Assembly: GCA_035285545.1 (NCBI GenBank)
Contig: JAYKGY010000074.1
Location: 1 to 30,038 of the forward strand
Origin: Snowella sp.
GTDB taxonomy: Bacteria > Cyanobacteriota > Cyanobacteriia > Cyanobacteriales > Microcystaceae
Direction of reading: 5' to 3'
Length of the DNA stretch: 30,038 nt
In this document: in pieces, positions 19,688-27,361 of the stretch
Layout of the letters: every line of letters begins with the position of its first letter
Numbering within the stretch: the first letter of the stretch is position 1
Position numbers and translations under genes: made by a program
Notes under the pieces: model-generated
What the model was told of the DNA's origin: nothing
Databases searched by the model: none
Seen by the model: only the letters and a program-made list of their open reading frames with translations

Positions 19688-19838
19688 AACATTTTGCGCC
19701 AAATGGGTGTGGGAGAGAAAAAACGAGAGCGTCAACTTTCTTGGAATGTCAAGAATTGTTACAACTCCCTAATAACACCATAGACAACCACTTTTCTGAT
19801 CTCCGTCCATCGCAAGGCAGAATGACAGTTTTCGAGAG

Positions 19839-21179
19839 TTAGAGATCGGTTTGGGGGGACTGGTTTAGATTTTGGAAATAATCAATTCCCTCTTGTAAAC
19901 AGCGTAGATACAGTTTGCTGTCTTCTTTTTGTTGCAATTTAGGTAAAATAATCGCGTCTTTTAAGGTAAAAATCAAAATTTCAGGCTCAGGATTATTTAG
20001 TAATAAAATAGCTTCAATGTCTTTAAGATTCAGTTTTCCCAGCACCTGATTATCCAACATGACTTTAAGGAAATGGGGATCAAGAAAGCAATGTTTAACT
20101 CGGCTCAATTGCCATCCTTTATAAATCATGATTGCAACGGCGATCGCGACAGGCCACAATGTCCAACCAGAGAGCCAGTTATGGGAAATTTCAACAACAA
20201 GAGTATGTCCTTTAAAACCTTGGATAACCCGATCCACAATTTCTCCCATTCCTAACATTAAACGGGACATAATTAATAAAAATAAAAGGAACCCAGATTC
20301 TTGAATAATTTGTTTGAGCAATGTCCAAGAATGTTGAAATTGCCAGACTGAAAAAATATGCCATTTAGACGGTGTTTTTTGGAGATTAATCCCCGAATGC
20401 TTTAGATAGTTTTTTCTAATTTCTTCTTTAACGACCTGATACTGAGCATACTTTTCTGGATGTCTATGAGGCTGGAAGATTAAAGGGGTCTGACGAGTGG
20501 ACACAATCCTATCATCGTCTAATGAAAACTCTGCATAGTTTCCTAATCCTTGACTCTGATTAAAAATAATAGGAGCATTGACCCATTGCTGAAAGATTTT
20601 TGCTTGATAGAGGGCTTGAGGGACGGTTTTTGCTTCATCAATAATCCATTCTACCTCATCAAATTGTCTTAAACTAATTTGCCAAACCTTTCCGAGTTTT
20701 TCTTGAAATGCACCACCATAAATGATAACTTGACTAATTTTAATCTCTCGAATTGTTGTCCAATCAAATTGAAGTTTGGAAGGAGGTCGATTCGGCAAAT
20801 GAGATTTCCGAATTAATTGGCCATCGTCGGTTTGCAATAAATAAATTGGAATACTATATTTTCCTTGGTGGTAATCAGCTTTAGCCCATCCATAGTCGAG
20901 ATACCACAGGATCAAAAAGCCTGCTAATACCCAACTAAAGTAAACTTTCCCCAGATAGGTTACCCAAGATAACAATAGAAAAATAAAAAAGAATAAAATT
21001 CCCGCCCATTCATTTTCCTGCTTCTGCTCACAGATCAATTCAGACCACATGATTCTTAAAATAAAAAAATAAAGGGTTTGAAAAAACTTTTTAACTTGAG
21101 CAAAGGGAGAAAGCAAGATTGCAAAAGAATTTTTTTGGGGATGAGTCATCTTACCCAGAAAAAACAAAGATTCTGGCAT
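19839..21179 (-). CDS. Hypothetical membrane protein (two TM-hairpin plus soluble modules)
   Basis: 446-aa ORF with two hydrophobic pairs each followed by a beta-rich segment. Start uncertain. Confidence 0.7.
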   Translation of the reverse strand: MPESLFFLGKMTHPQKNSFAILLSPFAQVKKFFQTLYFFILRIMWSELICEQKQENEWAGILFFFIFLLLSWVTYLGKVYFSWVLAGFLILWYLDYGWAKADYHQGKYSIPIYLLQTDDGQLIRKSHLPNRPPSKLQFDWTTIREIKISQVIIYGGAFQEKLGKVWQISLRQFDEVEWIIDEAKTVPQALYQAKIFQQWVNAPIIFNQSQGLGNYAEFSLDDDRIVSTRQTPLIFQPHRHPEKYAQYQVVKEEIRKNYLKHSGINLQKTPSKWHIFSVWQFQHSWTLLKQIIQESGFLLFLLIMSRLMLGMGEIVDRVIQGFKGHTLVVEISHNWLSGWTLWPVAIAVAIMIYKGWQLSRVKHCFLDPHFLKVMLDNQVLGKLNLKDIEAILLLNNPEPEILIFTLKDAIILPKLQQKEDSKLYLRCLQEGIDYFQNLNQSPQTDL

Positions 21180-21357
21180 AATAAATCAGCTTCTTGAGAG
21201 CTTGATAAACATTAAAACGTACAGTGTAATTCAGTAAAAGCCCAAGCAATTTTTTGATGTTTCGCATCTGAAGTTTTAGCAACTACCTATTCCCGACTTA
21301 TTTATGGTCTCATTCAGCAACAGCGTGATTATCTTGGGTTGTGACTCCCCTATGACC

Positions 21358-22308
21358 TCATTGAACAGATTGCCCACCTTTCTTTATTCCTTCGATAAAA
21401 AATTTAGTTTTCCTTTTCAGAATTTCTAAAACTTTTGCTATCAAATAAAATGATCTCAGATTTTTATAATAAAAAAATCGCATGAGAATCTTGGCTGTTC
21501 CCTGACAATGAATACATAAAAATCGGATTTCTTTTTTTAAATCCTTATTAAATCCATAGGGAATTCCGTTTTTAAATATAATTTTTTTTACTCCCAATTG
21601 CATTTGATATTCATCGTCTAAATAATTTTCTGAAACATTAATGCAATGCTCAACAGTCATATCATTAATAACCTTGGTAAAATTAGCTACTCTAGGATTA
21701 TTTTTTGACCAAAAATACAACAAAGTCATATCACAAATCCCCCCTGGCTGTTGATTATCAATATGCCATTGCCATTTAGCATCCAACTGCGTCCTTAAAT
21801 CTTTATTGCTACGATAGGCTTCAATACAAAAAGAGGTAAAATCTTCAATTGCTTCCAGTGTCCAATACGCAAAATGAGAACAGGATGACCAGCGAAAATT
21901 GGATTGATTTTGAGGTTCATTTAAAAAGGTCGTATAATTGCCAGATAAGACAGGAGCTAATACGGATGAATAATTCGCAAACGTCATAATATCGCTATCG
22001 AGGAAAAACGCTTGGGTTGCATTATTTCTCTTCATCCATTCTTCTAGCATAAACAAACGTTTCCAGCAGACATCATCGTACTTTTCATCGTAGGTACACA
22101 TCTTAACATACCATTTTTTAAACTCTTGATATTTCTCGCATTCTATTAAGGTCGTATTCCAGTGATGTTCCCAAAAGTCTTGATTACTATCACTTCCGAT
22201 CAGCACAACTGTTTTATTAAAATCGGCTGCTGATTTTAGAGCAAATTTCAGATAAGTTGGTTTGCCGATAAAGTGAGTGATGACGACGGGAATTTCTGCT
22301 TGATTCAT
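21358..22308 (-). CDS. Putative GT-A fold glycosyltransferase-like protein
   Basis: PTYLKFAL, CWKRLFML, FLDSDIM (DxD), CDMTLL, IHCQG..K; AT-rich. Confidence 0.6.
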   Translation of the reverse strand: MNQAEIPVVITHFIGKPTYLKFALKSAADFNKTVVLIGSDSNQDFWEHHWNTTLIECEKYQEFKKWYVKMCTYDEKYDDVCWKRLFMLEEWMKRNNATQAFFLDSDIMTFANYSSVLAPVLSGNYTTFLNEPQNQSNFRWSSCSHFAYWTLEAIEDFTSFCIEAYRSNKDLRTQLDAKWQWHIDNQQPGGICDMTLLYFWSKNNPRVANFTKVINDMTVEHCINVSENYLDDEYQMQLGVKKIIFKNGIPYGFNKDLKKEIRFLCIHCQGTAKILMRFFYYKNLRSFYLIAKVLEILKRKTKFFIEGIKKGGQSVQ

Positions 22309-22965
22309 TGGGCGTATAATTTAGTAAAAATAATGTAAATACTTTAAACAGAGATTTAGTTTATGCACAAAAAAATTAAAATCTAGATCGGGTATTTTTT
22401 ATAGTATTGGAGCAAATCCGACTTTCCGTTGATATCGGTAATAATAAACGGTTCGTTGTTCAACTGCCAGATAATAGGCTTTGAGGTAATCATCGAAGTT
22501 AGCCGGTTGCCGAAACTATTTTATCGGAAGGTCAATCCCCTTGAACCATTGCCCTGTTTTGCCGCTCAGTTTGCGCTTGTTTTTAATTTTTTAATGCTCC
22601 ATTAACCAAAGACGTTAATTATGGACATCTTATTGTTACATAAGGTTGAACAAAATTTTCAGACAGTAAGACTAATTGACAATCTCGAATTTTGGGATTG
22701 ATTTTGGGATAGACGGTTTAGAGAAAAAATCCAGATAAATCCCTTTAAATAAGTTACAAATGATGATCTTCGTTATTTATGAGTCCATGCCAGTGAAAAC
22801 ACTGACGAGTTTTTTAAAGACTTTTTAAAGATGCGGGTTAATACAGGTGTTTTATGGTTTTCCAGAATGATAGATATTAAGTTATAGATTTTAAAGATTT
22901 TCTTAAGAATTCGACGTTTGATCATCCCTTAGCGTGCCCAATAGGTGTCTGGGAGTCCAAGACTT

Positions 22966-23961
22966 ATGCCGGTCAATACTCAGCAATTGCCCATTTCTAA
23001 CAACCTTGTGCAAGATATTAATCCTATTTTGTTCTTGTCTCCTAAAGAATTCAATAAAATTTCTCCTGTTACTTCTCAGATCAGTAATTTCTTTCAAAAA
23101 AAAGAAAGGTATTTCCCAGACCTAAATTACTCAACCGCACTGCGCCAATACAAATTTCAAAGTGTAACAGTTAACGTCAAGGGAGAAATCACCCAATGGA
23201 CACCCGGAATTGCTCAATATTATCGAGAAAAGTTAGACAAAGGGATCTATTTGGATATGGTCTATATTCCTGGTGGGACATTTATGATGGGTTCTCCTGC
23301 TAGTGAAAAGAAAACTGATTGGTCAGACGGTCGGGAAGAGGAACAGCATCTTGTCACCCTTGAACCTTTTTGGATGGGAAAGTTTGCGGTTACCCAGAAG
23401 CAGTGGCGAGCGATAATGGGCTGGAATCCTTCCCGATTTAAAAACGATCAGCATCCGGTAGAACAGGTAAGCTGGAACCATTGTCAACAATTTTGTCAAA
23501 AACTGTCGGAATTTACCGGAAAAAACTATCGATTACCCAGTGAAGCCCAATGGGAATATGCTTGTCGAGCAGGAACGACTACGCCTTTTAATTGTGGAGA
23601 AACCTTAATTACGGATTTGGTCAATTACGACGGCACTGAAGTTTACGCCGCAGAAAAAAACGAAATTTTTTGGGATAGCACGGAAGAAGTGGGATTGTTC
23701 CCGCCGAATGCTTACGGATTGTACGATATGCACGGGAATGTGTGGGAATGGTGCGAAGACGAATGGCATGATAATTACGATGAAGCCCCTAGCGATGGGA
23801 GTGCTTGGGTCGATAATCATTCAGACAGTGACGGACGTATTATCCGTGGTGGATCTTGGCATTCTCACCCCATTTATTGCCGTTCGGCCAATCGTTACTA
23901 TTTCCACCGGAATTTTTCGATTAGTTATCTCGGTTGTCGGGTTGTCTGTGGAGATTGTTAG
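22966..23961 (+). CDS. Formylglycine-generating-enzyme (SUMF1/FGE-sulfatase, CLec-fold) domain protein
   Basis: MVYIPGGTFMMGS, PVEQVSW, YRLPSEAQWEYACRAG, NAYGLYDMHGNVWEWC, RGGSW...CRSA.R...G.RVV. Confidence 0.93.
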   Translation: MPVNTQQLPISNNLVQDINPILFLSPKEFNKISPVTSQISNFFQKKERYFPDLNYSTALRQYKFQSVTVNVKGEITQWTPGIAQYYREKLDKGIYLDMVYIPGGTFMMGSPASEKKTDWSDGREEEQHLVTLEPFWMGKFAVTQKQWRAIMGWNPSRFKNDQHPVEQVSWNHCQQFCQKLSEFTGKNYRLPSEAQWEYACRAGTTTPFNCGETLITDLVNYDGTEVYAAEKNEIFWDSTEEVGLFPPNAYGLYDMHGNVWEWCEDEWHDNYDEAPSDGSAWVDNHSDSDGRIIRGGSWHSHPIYCRSANRYYFHRNFSISYLGCRVVCGDC

Positions 23962-25043
23962 GCGGCATCGCCTATCTCAAGCTGGGGGACTAATATCCGA
24001 CCGTCATAGCCGAGTTGGTTATAGTGCTGGAGGGTTTGTTGCGCGATCGCCGTTTCTTGTCCTGCGGTCACCAAGGCCACACAAGCTCCGCCAAAACCAG
24101 CCCCCGTTAATCTGGCTCCTAATACATTTGGGGTGGTTTGTAAAATCGTGACCAAATTATCCAAGGCAGGCACTGATACTTGATAATCATCCCGTAAGCT
24201 GGCATGGGACGCATTCATCAACTCCCCAAACCGCTCCGGTGTTACCCCTTGCACCACTTCTAACACCCGATTATTTTCAGTAACCACATGGCGAGCGCGA
24301 CGATTAAAGGGTTCAGGTAAAGATTCAGTTGTAGTTTCATCCCTAATATCCCGTAAGGCTTCTACGCCTAATAAATTGGCCGCTTCTTGGCATTCGGATC
24401 GCCGTTGATTATAGCCACTGCTAGCCAAGGTACGAGGAACCCCACTATCAATCACGACAATTGAGGTTTGAGGGGGAAAGGGTAAGACTCGGCGTTCCAG
24501 CGATCGCGTATCTAAAAATAACAGATGGTTTGTGTCGGCTAAACTCGAAGCCATTTGATCCATAATGCCGCACTGTACGCCTGCGTAGTGAATTTCAGCC
24601 TGTTGAGCGAGTTGGGCAATTTCCACATCATCTATCTCTAATTCTAAGCGTTGACGAATAGCGCGGAGGGTAGCCACTTCCAAGGCCGCACTACTGGATA
24701 ATCCCGATCCCATCGGCACCGTTGACGCTACATAAATATCCAAAGGCGGAATGGTATGTCCAGCTTGACGTAACACCGCTAAACAGCCAAAAATATAACT
24801 GGCAAATCCTGATGGTGTATGATTTTCGTCTAAAATTTCGACCTGTTCATGGAAATTATCGGAATAGAGTTGATGGTGCTCTCCAGCGTCATTCAAACTG
24901 ACTTTTACAGTTGTTTGTTGGGGAATAGCCGTCGGTAAAACAAAACCATCGTTGTAATCCGTATGTTCTCCCAGTAAATTGACCCTTCCGGGCGCACTGG
25001 CTTGGGTTTCCGGGTCTTTATGAAAAATTTCTTGAAAATTCAT
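23958..25043 (-). CDS. galK: Galactokinase
   Basis: APGRVNLLGEHTDYNDGFVLP, PMGSGLSSSAA, CGIMDQ, GARLTGAGFGG. ATG 25043 or 25052. Its stop overlaps the FGE gene stop by 4 nt. Confidence 0.96.
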   Translation of the reverse strand: MNFQEIFHKDPETQASAPGRVNLLGEHTDYNDGFVLPTAIPQQTTVKVSLNDAGEHHQLYSDNFHEQVEILDENHTPSGFASYIFGCLAVLRQAGHTIPPLDIYVASTVPMGSGLSSSAALEVATLRAIRQRLELEIDDVEIAQLAQQAEIHYAGVQCGIMDQMASSLADTNHLLFLDTRSLERRVLPFPPQTSIVVIDSGVPRTLASSGYNQRRSECQEAANLLGVEALRDIRDETTTESLPEPFNRRARHVVTENNRVLEVVQGVTPERFGELMNASHASLRDDYQVSVPALDNLVTILQTTPNVLGARLTGAGFGGACVALVTAGQETAIAQQTLQHYNQLGYDGRILVPQLEIGDAA

Positions 25044-25360
25044 ACGCTGCATTCATCCCCCTATTTTTCGAGTGGAATCGGTCGCGATCGCCCGTTGACT
25101 TTAATCTGGGGAAAGTTCGGATCACAGGTTAGATTTTCCAGATGAACCTAGATGCCTTATTATCCAAGGGATTTCAATCTCTGCACGTCTATCTAAAGAC
25201 TTGAAGACGAACTTCTTTGGGTAGATGTTGGTTCATCCCTTTTTGATGAAAAAATGCAGACCGTTGCAGATTCATGGGTCTAAACCATGCATAATGTCAT
25301 CTAATGGATGGGCGAATTGTTCAGCCTAACTGCCAACTGATTTTTCATACGCTAGAAATT

Positions 25361-26281
25361 ATGCAAGCCAGTCTATTGAGTTCGGTGATTTTACCCATTG
25401 CTTTGGCAATTATTATGTTAGGCATGGGCTTAACCCTTGTCCCAGAGGATTTTCAACGGGTTAGAAAGTATCCTAAAGCGGTCTCCATTGGCTTGATCAG
25501 TCAGCTTGTTTTGTTGCCTTTGATCGGTTTTGCCATTACCCAGACCATTCCTATGCAGCCGGCGATCGCGACGGGGTTAATGATCATTGCCCTGTGTCCA
25601 GGCGGCCCGTCATCCAATATCTTTACCTATCTGGCGAAGGGAGATGTGGCTCTTTCGGTGACCCTAACGGCCTTTAGCAGTTTTATCACGGTGTTAACCA
25701 TTCCCCTGTTTGGCAACCTGGCCTATCAGTATTTCATGCAAGAGACGGCGGCGATCGCGCTACCGATTGGGAAAACCATTTTACAAGTGTTTGTGATGAC
25801 TATCTTGCCGATTGCCTTGGGAATGGGGATTAGACAGTTATTTCCGAATCTGGCCCATCGTTTAGCCAAGGTGACCAACCAACTCGCGGTTATTTTCCTC
25901 GCGTTAATTATTATCTTGCTGGTCATTCGGGAATGGGATCGCCTGCCTGGATTTATTGTGCAAGTCGGATTAGGGGTATTGTTGTTAAATATTCTGTCGA
26001 TGTTAACGGGCTTTTATCTCAGTAAGTTGCTCCAACTTCAACCTGCTCAGCAAATCTGCATTGCCATTGAAGTGGGCATTCAAAATGGAACTCTCGCGAT
26101 CGCGATTACGGCGGGTTTACTCAACAATCCCGATATGGCGATTCCTGCCGCTGTTTATAGTTTGTTGATGAGTCTGACTGGATTTGGGGTCATTCGTTAT
26201 GGCAGAAAAATAGAAGCAATGACAATAAAACCGTCAAATTTTGACAGGGAAAAACAAAGTACAACCGATGTTTGTCGTTAA
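25361..26281 (+). CDS. Bile acid:sodium symporter family transporter
   Basis: IMLGMGL.L...DF, CPGGPSSN, AKGDVALSV.LT, IEVGIQNGTLA. Confidence 0.93.
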   Translation: MQASLLSSVILPIALAIIMLGMGLTLVPEDFQRVRKYPKAVSIGLISQLVLLPLIGFAITQTIPMQPAIATGLMIIALCPGGPSSNIFTYLAKGDVALSVTLTAFSSFITVLTIPLFGNLAYQYFMQETAAIALPIGKTILQVFVMTILPIALGMGIRQLFPNLAHRLAKVTNQLAVIFLALIIILLVIREWDRLPGFIVQVGLGVLLLNILSMLTGFYLSKLLQLQPAQQICIAIEVGIQNGTLAIAITAGLLNNPDMAIPAAVYSLLMSLTGFGVIRYGRKIEAMTIKPSNFDREKQSTTDVCR

Positions 26282-26311
26282 TCTCAATGCAATTTACTGC
26301 AATTTAATGTA

Positions 26312-27112
26312 ATGATGTTTTGGTACGATCGCCAGTTAATTGAAGCGAATAATATTACCTTAGGAATTAATCATCCTGGGTTGATTTATGGGGCAACGGT
26401 TTTTACAACCCTGCGGGTTTATCATCAGTCCTTGTCCCATCGCCTGACCCATTGGGAACAACACTGCGATCGCCTCAAAAGAAGCCTAACCGAATTTCAA
26501 TGGCCCTTTCCCGATTGGCAGGAAGTAACCGAAGCCGCAGAAACCTTATTAAAGCATTATCCCATTTTACGAATTGTCGTTTTTCCCGATGGAAAATTGT
26601 GGGTAACCGGACGCTTTTTACCCGATGATTTAGCGGAACGACAACAGCAAGGAATTAACGGTTGGTTAGCAGATAAAGCCTTATTTCAACGTCCTTTAGC
26701 AGATTATAAAACGGGAAATTATTTAACAGCTTGGCTCGCCCTCCAAGAAGCCCAAAAGCAAGGAGCGAAAGAAGCCATTTTAATAGATAGCGAAAAAACC
26801 TGGTTAGAAACCAGTACAGGGAACCTTTGGGGGTGGAAAGAAAATAGTTTTTGGACTCCCCCTGATGACGGCAGAATCTTACCTGGAATTACGCGATCGC
26901 AGCTTTTAAACTATTTAAAAAAAATGGGAATAACAGTTCATCAAACAGAAGCATGGACACCGAATTTTATTCAATCCTTAGAAATGATTGCCTATAGCAA
27001 TTGTGGCGTTGAAATTATTCCCTTTAAAACCATTTTTAATTCCTCCCAATCCTTAGAATTTAGACAATTTCCCGAAGCCCTGAATTGGCTAAAAAATTAT
27101 TTTGCAGATTAA
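26312..27112 (+). CDS. Aminotransferase class IV (aminodeoxychorismate lyase-like)
   Basis: GLIYGATVFTTLR, H.DRL, YKTGNYL (PLP Lys), E...GNL, ILPGITR. Confidence 0.9.
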   Translation: MMFWYDRQLIEANNITLGINHPGLIYGATVFTTLRVYHQSLSHRLTHWEQHCDRLKRSLTEFQWPFPDWQEVTEAAETLLKHYPILRIVVFPDGKLWVTGRFLPDDLAERQQQGINGWLADKALFQRPLADYKTGNYLTAWLALQEAQKQGAKEAILIDSEKTWLETSTGNLWGWKENSFWTPPDDGRILPGITRSQLLNYLKKMGITVHQTEAWTPNFIQSLEMIAYSNCGVEIIPFKTIFNSSQSLEFRQFPEALNWLKNYFAD

Positions 27113-27208
27113 ATATTGCTGGCCAGATCCATCATCGATTCCAGTCTGATACATTGATAGCTAATACCAAATTAATTTGATTTATATGCAAATAGGATTC
27201 TCGATATT

Positions 27209-27257
27209 ATCCCCCCTAGCCCCCCTTTCAAAGGGGGGAAGCCGTAGGCGGGGGGAT
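27209..27257 (+). repeat. Stand-alone C/G-run hairpin repeat, copy C, with outer inverted ends
   Basis: ATCCCCCC-TAG-CCCCCCTTTCAAAGGGGGG-AA-GCCGTAGGC-GGGGGGAT. The first 33 nt match the reverse complement of 6102..6134 except at the loop base. Confidence 0.85.
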
Positions 27258-27361
27258 TAGGTAAATGCACTGTTTTCTATTGAATTTGTTATAACCTTCC
27301 AGACTGTCTAAAAACCTTGGGGAATGATGCGTATTATTAAAATCATACAGTTGCACGAGCT

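Noticed and set aside
11059..19735. Guanitoxin-like cluster (GntT-like MATE plus GntA-like HDO plus methyltransferase)
   Set aside because: The MATE is about 6 kb away on the opposite strand, and no arginine hydroxylase, PLP cyclodehydratase, aldolase or kinase genes are adjacent.
25053..25303. galT remnant upstream of galK
   Set aside because: No recognisable GalT-like translation found. galK appears to stand alone here.
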